In this document: positions 8,610-18,206 of the stretch, one piece after another
How positions within the stretch are numbered: the first letter of the stretch is position 1
Layout of the letters: each line of letters starts with the position of its first letter
Assembly (NCBI GenBank): GCA_051747805.1
Contig: JBNJGP010000019.1
Coordinates: 1-36,134, forward strand
Length of the DNA stretch: 36,134 bases
Direction of reading: 5' to 3'
Origin: Candidatus Muiribacteriota bacterium
Lineage (GTDB): Bacteria; Muiribacteriota; Muiribacteriia; Muiribacteriales; Muiribacteriaceae
The notes under the pieces: model-generated
The model's database searches: none
Told to the model about the DNA's origin: nothing
What the model saw: the letters and a program-made list of their open reading frames with translations, nothing else
Position numbers and translations under genes: made by a program

Positions 8610-10364
8610 ATGAAAATTGATATTAACCAGATAATCAACAAAATAAAATCTAATAAAGTTATTAAAGACCTTTTTTCTGAAGAAACAACTCAAAAAAAAT
8701 ATATTATTTTTGATATTGGAAACTATAATTTAAAAGCCTTATTCTGTGAAATAACCGATAAAATATATATTAAAGACTGCAGAATTCTAAAACTTGATTT
8801 TGAAAAATATGGCAATTATAGTGAGGCGCTTGAAAATTCAATTAAAGATATTTTATATGGAAAAAAAATAGAAGACACTAAACTGGGTGTGTTACTTTCT
8901 GGTCAGTATGTTATTAACAGATTTATTGTTTTACCAAAAATTCCAGAAGATGAACTAAAGCAGGCCTTAAAGTTTGAAATTAAAAAAAATCTTCATCTTA
9001 ATATTGCTGAAGTATCATTTAATTATTCTATAAACGAAGTTTTAAAAGATGAAAACGGAAAAGAAAAGTTAAAAGTTTTTGTGGGAATAATTAAAAAGAA
9101 TGACATTGAAAACATTGAAAATATTTTCTCAGATTTTGGAGTGCCCTTAGCATTTATAACAATTGACAGTCTGCTTTATCAAAAGGGATATGAATTTCAG
9201 CAAGAAGAAGAGTCTGTTGCCTATATTGAAATAGGAGCCGAAAATACAAATTTTAATATTATTAAAAATAATAATCTTGAATTTTCCCGTAATATACCTA
9301 TGGGTGGTGTTGCCTTAAGTGAGCTTATAGCAAAGGATATATCGGGCTCTCCAACTAATTTCAGAGAATTCCTTAATGAGGCTGAAATTGAGAAAAGAAA
9401 AACTCCCCTTTATTTAGAAGAAGATGAATTGGAAAAAATGGATCAAAAAAAGAAAATTATAGCTATGTCACTTATGGATGGAGTCGGAAGAATTCTCCAG
9501 AGAATTAGGCTCACAGTAGGATACTATAAAACTCAGGTAAAAGGGAAAAATATTAAAAAAATATATCTTTTAGGGGGAGTTTCTTCAATTAAAAATATTG
9601 AGAAGTATTTTCAGAAACATTTAGATGTTGAAACTCATAAAATAGAATTTAATCCAGCTGATTTTGTTGATTTTAATGAAAATATAGTTAAAAACAGGTT
9701 AAAAGAAAATATTCAGTTTTTCTGGCTGTCTCTTCTTATTGCGGAAAAATTATTTTTAGAGGGAGACGTAATAAATTTTTATCAGAAAGATAAATCTGAA
9801 AAAATTACATTTGATACAATTGTAAATTATTTTCCTGAACCAAAAAATGTTTTTATAACAGCCAGTTTATTTATATTTATTTATTATATGCTTGTTGGAA
9901 TTCCTCAATACTGGAATATGAAGAAGCTTTATACAAAATACGAGAAAGTCTCAGAAAAAATTATTGATATTAGAGATTTAGAAAATGAAATAAAATATTC
10001 GCTTACAATAAATAAAAAAAATAATCAAAATGTTTTTAACTGGCTGCAGGAGTTTAAAGAGGCAGATAAAAACTGGGTGAAATTATTGACCCGGATATCT
10101 GAGAATATTCCGGATAATGCTTATGTTGATGTTCTGGAAATAAATACTAATCGTCAGGTTCATCCAGTAAGGTATCAGCTGAAAATAGATTTCGAGTTTA
10201 TGGGAGAGGAAAACATTAGGCAGGTTAGGAATTTTCTTGAAAATCCTAAAACCTGGGAAAATATTTCTTTTAATAAACACAGCCTTGATTTTCATGATAG
10301 GCCAGGTTTCAGCAGAGGAGAAATAAATTATCACAGACTTATAATGGAAGGAGTATTTTACTGA
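8610..10364 (+). CDS. pilM: PilM-PilN fusion (GspL-like architecture) alignment protein
   Basis: Actin-like PilM motifs IFDIGNYNLK, LPKIPEDELKQAL, AYIEIGAENT, IYLLGGVS; then INFY (PilN INLL-like), one TM, a coiled coil and ISENIPDNAYV (PilN-like). Confidence 0.75.
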   Translation: MKIDINQIINKIKSNKVIKDLFSEETTQKKYIIFDIGNYNLKALFCEITDKIYIKDCRILKLDFEKYGNYSEALENSIKDILYGKKIEDTKLGVLLSGQYVINRFIVLPKIPEDELKQALKFEIKKNLHLNIAEVSFNYSINEVLKDENGKEKLKVFVGIIKKNDIENIENIFSDFGVPLAFITIDSLLYQKGYEFQQEEESVAYIEIGAENTNFNIIKNNNLEFSRNIPMGGVALSELIAKDISGSPTNFREFLNEAEIEKRKTPLYLEEDELEKMDQKKKIIAMSLMDGVGRILQRIRLTVGYYKTQVKGKNIKKIYLLGGVSSIKNIEKYFQKHLDVETHKIEFNPADFVDFNENIVKNRLKENIQFFWLSLLIAEKLFLEGDVINFYQKDKSEKITFDTIVNYFPEPKNVFITASLFIFIYYMLVGIPQYWNMKKLYTKYEKVSEKIIDIRDLENEIKYSLTINKKNNQNVFNWLQEFKEADKNWVKLLTRISENIPDNAYVDVLEINTNRQVHPVRYQLKIDFEFMGEENIRQVRNFLENPKTWENISFNKHSLDFHDRPGFSRGEINYHRLIMEGVFY

Positions 10365-11050
10365 TGGATAAAAAACAGCTTGTAATATCAGGTTTTTTTG
10401 CTGTTTATATATTAATTATTTTTCTGGAGTTTGTTTTATTGCCATATACTATTAGAAATTATGATTTAGAAGAAATAAAAAGAATTATTGTTCGCGATTA
10501 TAAAATAGCAATCGATGATAACTTTATTGATATAATAATTAATAATCCTTCGAGATTACAGAGGGAAATCCAATCATTTTTAGATGAGATAAAAACAAAA
10601 AAAGAAAATATAATCCATGAGAACAGAAAATATAAATCAAATATTGAAGATATTATCGAATATGCTTCAGGATATGATTTTAATATTGTTGAGTTTGACA
10701 ATTTATTAAATAAGATTATCGAAGATAATAAATTGAATTTCAGTCTGGGACTTGCGCATCAAGGCGAAGAGGAAACAAGAGAATATGTTTTTGAAGAACA
10801 GAATCTTAGAGTAAGAAGGGCCACAGTATTATATTCAACTATAAATTATAGTATACAGGAAGTAGATTTTCTTGAGTTTATGGTTTTTTTAGATAAGTTA
10901 AATGAATTTGAAAATATGTTGTTGATTGGAAATTTATCCGCCGAGAGAAGCAATAATATAGATGGAAGGGTCAATATAGATATTCAATTTTTAAATATAA
11001 TTGATATAAAGGGTAAAACGAGCGATGGAACGGAGGTTGGTTTAATTTGA
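10364..11050 (+). CDS. Putative PilO/GspM-like bitopic protein
   Basis: N-terminal TM, coiled coil, C-terminal FLEFMVFLDKLNEFENMLLIGNL (resembles PilO FxxLxxFLxxLE); position after pilMN. Confidence 0.6.
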   Translation: MDKKQLVISGFFAVYILIIFLEFVLLPYTIRNYDLEEIKRIIVRDYKIAIDDNFIDIIINNPSRLQREIQSFLDEIKTKKENIIHENRKYKSNIEDIIEYASGYDFNIVEFDNLLNKIIEDNKLNFSLGLAHQGEEETREYVFEEQNLRVRRATVLYSTINYSIQEVDFLEFMVFLDKLNEFENMLLIGNLSAERSNNIDGRVNIDIQFLNIIDIKGKTSDGTEVGLI

Positions 11051-11637
11051 ACAAAATAAAAACCCTCTTTATTTTTATAGTTACATGGGGAGTGGTGATT
11101 TTTGCTTTTTACAATATATATTCAAATATAAAAAGTGAAAAAGATAAAGCGGTTTCTAAAGAAAAAGTTGAAATCAGAGAGGAAGAAAAAATAGTTACAG
11201 AGGAAGAAACAGTCTCAGAAACAGAAGAAATAGAAGAGGAAAAACAGTTAGAATTAGAACCTGATGAAAAAAAAATAGAAGAAGTAAAAGATGAAAAGAT
11301 AGACGAAAAAGATAATATTTTCAGTTTACGAAATATATTTAAAGTAAAGCAGCCTCAAATAGTTGAAGAAGAAGAGGAAGAAGAAAAAGAAGAAGTCGTA
11401 GAAGAAAAAGTAAAAGAAGAAGTTAATATTACCGATATATTAAAAAAAATTAATGTTAATTTTACAATGGAATCTGAATACGACACCCTTGCACTTATAA
11501 ATAATAAAAAATATCGCCAGGGTGATTTTATTGATGGTATAAAGGAAAGAGTTGAGATTATTAATATAAAAGAAGATTATATTATTTTAAGAGTAAATGA
11601 AAAGGAAGTTGAATTAAATACGGGGAGTGAGAAATAA
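11047..11637 (+). CDS. Putative PilP/GspC/GspB-like protein
   Basis: TTG start after GGAGG; N-terminal TM, Glu/Lys-rich linker, LRNIF, then ALINNKKYRQGDFI...IINIKEDYIIL beta domain; precedes the secretin. Confidence 0.6.
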   Translation: MNKIKTLFIFIVTWGVVIFAFYNIYSNIKSEKDKAVSKEKVEIREEEKIVTEEETVSETEEIEEEKQLELEPDEKKIEEVKDEKIDEKDNIFSLRNIFKVKQPQIVEEEEEEEKEEVVEEKVKEEVNITDILKKINVNFTMESEYDTLALINNKKYRQGDFIDGIKERVEIINIKEDYIILRVNEKEVELNTGSEK

Positions 11638-11642
11638 TTATT

Positions 11643-13838
11643 ATGACAAAATTAAAAATGTTTTTGCTAATTTTCATATTTGTAACTTTTCCCATACTTG
11701 GGAATTCACTTGATGATTTAGTTTCTGGTGAATATTATGGTTATAGGCTGATTAAAAAAATAAATGCTCTGCCGGAATTTTCTGAAGCGGCAAGGTTAAC
11801 AGACGGGGAAGATATAATTAACAGGAGAACTTTTGCACTCTTAATTGCGGTATATTTAAATAATATTGAAAAAATTTATAATCAAAAAGGCACAGTAGAT
11901 ATTTCACTGGATGAGCTGGCATTGCTTGAAAAAATGATTCTTGATTTTTTAAATGATATTGAAGTTGTTTTTTCAGATAATTTATATTCGCTGAGTCAGA
12001 AAATTACTATTTTAGAAAAAATTATTGCTTCTAAAAGCAGAACAACAGGCTTGCTTAAACCTCACCGGGATTATTCAACAGCGCCGGAAACTTTCCGGCT
12101 TGAGTCTGAAGAAGAGGAAAAAAATTCAGAAAAGCCAGCTGATTTAAAAGAAGTAGCTAAAAGTATAGAAACAAAGGCAAGTGAGCAGGGAGAAGAAAAA
12201 AATATTAAAGAAGAGGATAAAAAGATACTTCATCCGGATTTTAATAAAGAGGTCAGCTTCAGTGCTGTAAATGCACCGGTAAAAAATGTTTTAGATGCAC
12301 TTATTGCAAATACTGGACTCAGCCTGTTTATTCCTTCAGACCTTGATAATTATGTAACTGTTCAAATAAAAGATATGAAGCTTATTGATGCTTTAGAAAT
12401 GGTTTCGGCACGCGGCAACTGTCTTCTGGATATTGATGAGAGCTTAATACATGTTGAATCTGCAGATAAAATTGTTGAAAGAGTTATAAAACTTGAGTAT
12501 GCAGATTTGGATGAAACGGTAAATTTTTTAAATAAATTAAAATCATCCCAGGGAAAAATCATCTCCAACCCTCTTACAAATTCAGTTATGATTTATGATA
12601 AAATGGAAGTTGTGAAACAAATGGAAGAAACTATTTCTGAAATTGATGTGAGAGATGAGGGTGATGAAATGGAAACCAATGTTTATATTCTTGAGTATGC
12701 TGAGGCAAATAATGTTTTGCGATTAATACAGGATCTCAGGTCCTCTACTGGAAGAATTGCAGCAAATGAAACCTCTAACTCTCTAATAGTAATGGATAAA
12801 AGAAAAAATATTTTTGAAATAGAAGCTTTAATACAAAAACTTGATATACCATCTTTTGAAAGCAGGCAGACAACCTATATTTATAACGTAAAATATGGAG
12901 AATCTGATCAGATTTTAAATATTTTGCAAAGCGATGCTTTCGGTGGAAGTGTTGCAAAAGATGTGAAGCTTACATCCGATGAAAGAACAAATAGTATTGT
13001 TATTACTGGTGCACAGGATACCATTGATAGAATACTTCATTATGTTGAGCAGCTCGATATTAGAACTCGCCAGGTAACAATAACCGCAAAAATTATTGAG
13101 GTGAACCTTGATGATAATCAGTCTTCTGGAATAAACTGGTCTATGCTTGCTCCGACCGGTGCCCAAACAAAAACTCTTGAGGAAGAAAACAAAATTTCTT
13201 TCAAAACTTTTGATAGTGTTGGAAGCGACAAGGCTGCATTTGAATTTGGAACACTTGCCCGTAATCAGGTTGAAATGCTTTATGAAAAAATGCAGAATTT
13301 TTCAGATGTGAAAGTTTTATCTAATCCTACTATAACGACTCTCAACAATCAGGAAGCCCATATTTTTATAGGTGATGAAATACCACAGGAAACAAGTTCC
13401 ACTGCAGATGGTTCTACTACTTCTGGATATACAACAGTTTCTACCGGAATAAAATTAACAGTTACTCCTCAAATCAGTCCAGATAACTATATTACACTTA
13501 ATGTACAACCCGAAATTGATGAGCAGTCAGGACTGACACCCGATGGCCAGCCTATTATAAGTGGAACTCAGGCAAACACAAATGTAATTGTGAAAAATGG
13601 TGAAACTCTTGTGATTGGAGGATTAATTAAAAATAACAAGGCAAGAACTGTTACATCAATTCCAATTCTAGGGGATATTCCAGTTATAAAAAATTTATTC
13701 AGAAGTACCAGAATTACTAATAATCGAACTGAAACTGTGGTTCTTATTACCCCGCATATTATTGATGATATGCTTAGAAATACAGCCTCTTTTATGGAAA
13801 ATTTTGATGAAATTAACGAAAAGGGAGTGATGAATTGA
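11643..13838 (+). CDS. Secretin (GspD/PilQ family) with N-terminal SLH-like/coiled-coil extension
   Basis: Signal peptide; repeated N3 domains (LEYAD, NPLTNSV, DERTNSIVI); secretin core QVTITAKIIEV, LSNPTITTLNNQEA, LTVTPQI, GETLVIGGL, IPILGDIP, VLITPHII. Confidence 0.92.
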   Translation: MTKLKMFLLIFIFVTFPILGNSLDDLVSGEYYGYRLIKKINALPEFSEAARLTDGEDIINRRTFALLIAVYLNNIEKIYNQKGTVDISLDELALLEKMILDFLNDIEVVFSDNLYSLSQKITILEKIIASKSRTTGLLKPHRDYSTAPETFRLESEEEEKNSEKPADLKEVAKSIETKASEQGEEKNIKEEDKKILHPDFNKEVSFSAVNAPVKNVLDALIANTGLSLFIPSDLDNYVTVQIKDMKLIDALEMVSARGNCLLDIDESLIHVESADKIVERVIKLEYADLDETVNFLNKLKSSQGKIISNPLTNSVMIYDKMEVVKQMEETISEIDVRDEGDEMETNVYILEYAEANNVLRLIQDLRSSTGRIAANETSNSLIVMDKRKNIFEIEALIQKLDIPSFESRQTTYIYNVKYGESDQILNILQSDAFGGSVAKDVKLTSDERTNSIVITGAQDTIDRILHYVEQLDIRTRQVTITAKIIEVNLDDNQSSGINWSMLAPTGAQTKTLEEENKISFKTFDSVGSDKAAFEFGTLARNQVEMLYEKMQNFSDVKVLSNPTITTLNNQEAHIFIGDEIPQETSSTADGSTTSGYTTVSTGIKLTVTPQISPDNYITLNVQPEIDEQSGLTPDGQPIISGTQANTNVIVKNGETLVIGGLIKNNKARTVTSIPILGDIPVIKNLFRSTRITNNRTETVVLITPHIIDDMLRNTASFMENFDEINEKGVMN

Positions 13839-14302
13839 TGAATAAATTAAAAATTATATCATTTTTTTTAGTTTTTCTCCTGGCGGGATGTTCAACAGGA
13901 CGATTTTTTTCACCAAAAGCTGTATTGTGGGTTGAAAATATTGAGCCTGAAACCTTGGTTTACACAAGCGAAACAGAATCTGTAGAGGCAGATTTTACAG
14001 TAAATGTTTCTAACGGGGTTGGTGTAAAATTTGTGCAGTATGAAGTTATTTATTATTATGATTCTTCGCTTAGAATTAGTTCCTTGAATGAGTTCAGTGG
14101 TGCTTTAACAAAATTTGCTTCAGGGTATGATAAAATAAATATACCTCTTAGAATTATATCTTCAGAATTGATTGATTTTGCCTATCAAAGTGATGAACAT
14201 AAAAATGTCGAAACCGTTATAGCTCATATAAAGTTGTATGGTGTTGATGAAAATGAGAATCAGGTCAGTGCATCAGAAAAATATAATATTATTTTTGAAT
14301 AA
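13838..14302 (+). CDS. Lipoprotein of unknown function (possible pilotin)
   Basis: Lipobox LAG|C (MNKLKIISFFLVFLLAGCST); ATG overlaps the secretin TGA by 1 nt. Confidence 0.7.
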   Translation: MNKLKIISFFLVFLLAGCSTGRFFSPKAVLWVENIEPETLVYTSETESVEADFTVNVSNGVGVKFVQYEVIYYYDSSLRISSLNEFSGALTKFASGYDKINIPLRIISSELIDFAYQSDEHKNVETVIAHIKLYGVDENENQVSASEKYNIIFE

Positions 14303-14329
14303 TATTATATTTCTGTTAAAATTATAAAG

Positions 14330-15979
14330 ATGAAAAAATATCTTTTTATTTTTCTACTTTTATTTTATTTTATTTTAAATATTTTTTCAATTAATAGAGA
14401 ATATGAAATTCTATTAAATATTGATAAAAAAAATTATTCTTATTCTAAACAGGACCTGAAAATTGTTAAAAAATTATATAAAAGGGATACGTCAATTAAA
14501 TGGTATGCTGGCTATCTTCTGTACAATTTTTACTTAAAAGAAAACAATTTTGAAAAAGTCGGCAAGTATTTATCCAGGCTTTATCATTTTTCGTTTATAG
14601 ATGATGAAAAGCTAATTAATGATTATGTAAAGTTATGTGTTAAAAATAAAAATTTTGAAAAAGCTATAGAGGTTATTTCAAAAGAAAAAAAATTCTATAA
14701 TAATGCTTTTAAAAATATTATTATAAATAATTTTGATGAATTCAAAGAATTAGTTTCTGAAAATGAATTAATAAATATACTATATTCTATGGGCTTTTAT
14801 GAGGCTGTTCTTCAATTTGATTTTATTTCACCGGCAATGAAGTTGAAATCATTATACGGACTAAGAAAACACGATGAGGTGAAAAAAATATATAATAATT
14901 ATTCAATCTCTGATAAAACAGCATTATACTTTGCTGCAAGGAGTATGGCTGTTGGGGGCGCTTTTAATAAGGCTTCAGAAATTCTTTCTTTTGCAGCTAA
15001 TGATAAACATCAGACTAGATTATATTATTATATTTTTTATTCTATACTTGCCCAGAAATATGAAGTTATTGGCAAAAGTTTTAATAAATTAAGCAACCTT
15101 TACTTTAAGTCAAAAATTGTTGAAACAATTTTTAATAATTTAAATAAAGAAGAAATAAACAGCTATATTAATCTTTATGATGAAATAATTAATGAACCTT
15201 TCATTGCCTCAAAAATATACTTTGAAAATAAAAATAAATTTGACCTGAAAAAGCCTCCCGGGTATAAAAATTCAGTTTATAATAATATAAATAAAAAAAT
15301 CTATAAAGAAAATAGAAGTCCGCAGAAATATACAAATTATTTTAAAACTTTTGACCATCTTATAAATGAAATGACACAACTTAGACCCTATATTGTTTAT
15401 AATGATATTGAACTTACCCGTTTTTCTTCTACTGTTGAAAAAAGTCTTGCATTTTTTGAGTCAAGGCTTCCCTATAATGGTTTGAGTTTGTCCTGGCAGA
15501 TAAATGATGATTATTATCATTTTTTGAGATATCCTCTTGCCTACTATAATGAAGTTTCGAAAATCGCCTCAGAACTTAATCTTGATCCCTACTTAATATG
15601 GGCAATAATGCGGGAAGAAAGTGCTTTCAGATGGTCGGTTTCTGAAAGAGGAGCTTCTGGACTGATGCAGATAATACCTGCTACAGGTGAATGGCTTGAA
15701 AACCAATTTGGAATAAAAAAACATTCTGACAGGATTTATCATAATATTTACCTCGGTGCATTTTATCTTGATTATTTGCTTAAAAAATATGACAGTACTG
15801 CCAACCCAATGATGTTTGCCGTAATGGCATATAATGCCGGGCAGGGTAACGTGGATAAATGGATAAAAAGATATGGAAATATTGAAAATGTTATTTCAAA
15901 CATACCATTTTTTGAAACAGAAAGATATTTGAATAAAGTTATTAACAGTTATTTAAAGTATATAAACATATATGAATAA
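14330..15979 (+). CDS. Slt70-like lytic transglycosylase
   Basis: Signal peptide, helical N-region, SLT motifs AIMREESAF (catalytic Glu), GASGLMQI, AYNAG, ETERYL. Confidence 0.9.
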   Translation: MKKYLFIFLLLFYFILNIFSINREYEILLNIDKKNYSYSKQDLKIVKKLYKRDTSIKWYAGYLLYNFYLKENNFEKVGKYLSRLYHFSFIDDEKLINDYVKLCVKNKNFEKAIEVISKEKKFYNNAFKNIIINNFDEFKELVSENELINILYSMGFYEAVLQFDFISPAMKLKSLYGLRKHDEVKKIYNNYSISDKTALYFAARSMAVGGAFNKASEILSFAANDKHQTRLYYYIFYSILAQKYEVIGKSFNKLSNLYFKSKIVETIFNNLNKEEINSYINLYDEIINEPFIASKIYFENKNKFDLKKPPGYKNSVYNNINKKIYKENRSPQKYTNYFKTFDHLINEMTQLRPYIVYNDIELTRFSSTVEKSLAFFESRLPYNGLSLSWQINDDYYHFLRYPLAYYNEVSKIASELNLDPYLIWAIMREESAFRWSVSERGASGLMQIIPATGEWLENQFGIKKHSDRIYHNIYLGAFYLDYLLKKYDSTANPMMFAVMAYNAGQGNVDKWIKRYGNIENVISNIPFFETERYLNKVINSYLKYINIYE

Positions 15980-17246
15980 TATCTGGATTCTATACCTACT
16001 ATTTCTTAATTTTCTTTTTGGTTTTTCTGATATTAAAATAATAAAAATTTCTTTTTATTTTCTTTTGATATTTTCAATTTACTTTTTTATTGTTTTTTCA
16101 GAATTAATATTTTTGCCTGATTTTAATTTTATTATATTGAAAGATAATTTTTTTTTCCCGTATATTGTTCCGGGAGCAACTTTTTTTTATTGTTTAATAA
16201 ACTTTTTTAAAATTATAAAAAACAGGAAAATTCCAAATTTATTGCTTATTATTTTTCTTTTACTAAGTATGTATTTTTTAAATAATTATTTTTTAGAAAA
16301 TAATAAAAAATCATTTTTTTCAGTTTTAAAGCAGCCTTCTTTAAAACTTGATTACTCAATATTACAAAACTCGAAAAAACCTTTATTAAATGAAGAAGAT
16401 AAAAAGTTATTAAATGATGAATTTGATTTTATTCATAAAGGATATAAAAAAGTTTTAATTAAAAAAGGCGAATTAATAATTAATTTAGATGAAACAGAAA
16501 ATAAAAAAGAAGGATTTCAAAAATTTGAAACAGAGGAGGGGGTTTATTTTTCAGATTTTGATGATTTAACCAACTCTCTGAATCTTTTTTATAAAGACTT
16601 TCATTCAGAAAATAAAAAAAGAGTTTTTAATAAAAGATTTGATTTTCAATTTTTTTTAGTACATGATTATTTAGATGAAATAATTCTTATTAACCAGCAT
16701 GAAAACCAAACTGTTTTAAAACTTATATCAGATGATAGTGTTATTTTTACTTTGATAGAAAATAAAATTGAAGATATTAAAAAATTAAAATTTGAAAATG
16801 ATGAAATTAATATTTTTACACATAATAGAAAATATATTTTTGAAATTAAAAATAAACCGGAAACCATTATTTCGGGAGAAGATGTTTATCAGAAATTAGA
16901 GAATTTTAAAAATTTTTTATATCAAAAAGAGAAAATTTATGTTGATTTCAATTTAGATATTAAGAATCAGAAGTTAGAAATAAAAACTCTTACTGATGAA
17001 GATGAACTTTCAGAAATACTAAAGGAATTTTTTGATATATTAATGTTTTTTACATATTGTTTCAGAAATGAATTTGAAAAAAATTCAATTGAAATATATA
17101 CTGAGTTTTTTAAAGAAAAAATTTCAGTTATGACGAAAGTTGATTTATTGTCTAGAGCATTAGATAATAAATCATATAAATTATTGCTCCAGAATATTAA
17201 CATAAAAATTAATGAATCTATTCTTAGATTTAGAGGAGGAGTTTAA
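15972..17246 (+). CDS. Hypothetical membrane protein
   Basis: 424-aa ORF, about 4 N-terminal hydrophobic segments plus a soluble domain; overlaps slt by 8 nt and abuts hflK; very AT-rich. Confidence 0.65.
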   Translation: MNNIWILYLLFLNFLFGFSDIKIIKISFYFLLIFSIYFFIVFSELIFLPDFNFIILKDNFFFPYIVPGATFFYCLINFFKIIKNRKIPNLLLIIFLLLSMYFLNNYFLENNKKSFFSVLKQPSLKLDYSILQNSKKPLLNEEDKKLLNDEFDFIHKGYKKVLIKKGELIINLDETENKKEGFQKFETEEGVYFSDFDDLTNSLNLFYKDFHSENKKRVFNKRFDFQFFLVHDYLDEIILINQHENQTVLKLISDDSVIFTLIENKIEDIKKLKFENDEINIFTHNRKYIFEIKNKPETIISGEDVYQKLENFKNFLYQKEKIYVDFNLDIKNQKLEIKTLTDEDELSEILKEFFDILMFFTYCFRNEFEKNSIEIYTEFFKEKISVMTKVDLLSRALDNKSYKLLLQNINIKINESILRFRGGV

Positions 17247-18206
17247 ATGCAGGAGAATGAAAAAAAAATCAAAATACCGGAAATAAATACAATTTTTTTA
17301 ATTGTTTTTATTATTGCCTTATTAATTTATTTTTCAACAACAATTTTCACAGTTAATCCGAACGAGATGGGTGTTGTAAAAAGATTTGGCGCTTTTAATC
17401 GTTTGGTAGGTCCAGGATTAAGATACAGGCTTCCTGAACCGTTTGAAAGCGTTATTATTGAAAACGTAACTAACGTCAGAAGGCTTGAAGTAGGTTTCAG
17501 GACAATTAGTGAGAATCCCACAAAATACCGTAATGTTCCCAAGGAGGCACTTATGTTGACTGGGGATGAAAGTATTGTAAGCACGGAATTTATTGTTCAA
17601 TACAGGATTAGAGATGTGAAAAAATTTGTTTTTAGAATCAAAAATTTTGATACTACTCTCAAAAAAGCAGCCGAGGCATCTATGAGACAAGTGGTTGGAG
17701 AAAGAAAAATAGATGATGCTTTAACCCATGCAAAAAATGAAATTCAGGTGGATACACTTAAACAGCTACAGGAACTTATGGATACTTATGAAAGCGGTAT
17801 TCAGATTATTTCAGTTCAACTTCAGGATGTTTTTCCGCCAGAACCTGTTATTTCTTCCTTTAAAGACGTTGCTTCTGCACGTGAAGATAGAAACAGGTTT
17901 ATTAATGAGGCAAATTCCTATAGAAATGAGGTTGTTCCTGAGGCAAGGGGAGAGGCTCACAAGATTATTAATGAGTCAAAAGGACGTGCTGCAAGAATCA
18001 TAAATACAGCCAAAGGAGATACGATGAAATTCCTCAGTATGTTCGAGGAGTTTGAAAATTCAAAAATCTTAACCGGAAGAAGAATTTATTATGAAAAAAT
18101 TACCAGTGCTATGGAGAATGTAGAAAAAGTTATCATAGAAGATGAAGGAAAAGATTTGTTTAATTTTATAAAAATGTTCAACTCGGTTGAGGGAGGAACT
18201 AAATGA
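17247..18206 (+). CDS. hflK: FtsH modulator HflK (SPFH/band 7)
   Basis: GVVKRFG, MLTGDESIV, AEASMRQVVG, QDVFPP, AREDRNRFINEANSYRNEVVPEARGEA. Confidence 0.93.
   Translation: MQENEKKIKIPEINTIFLIVFIIALLIYFSTTIFTVNPNEMGVVKRFGAFNRLVGPGLRYRLPEPFESVIIENVTNVRRLEVGFRTISENPTKYRNVPKEALMLTGDESIVSTEFIVQYRIRDVKKFVFRIKNFDTTLKKAAEASMRQVVGERKIDDALTHAKNEIQVDTLKQLQELMDTYESGIQIISVQLQDVFPPEPVISSFKDVASAREDRNRFINEANSYRNEVVPEARGEAHKIINESKGRAARIINTAKGDTMKFLSMFEEFENSKILTGRRIYYEKITSAMENVEKVIIEDEGKDLFNFIKMFNSVEGGTK

Noticed and set aside
11160..11420. Purine-rich GAA tracts as a DNA repeat
   Set aside because: Explained by a Glu/Lys-rich protein linker.
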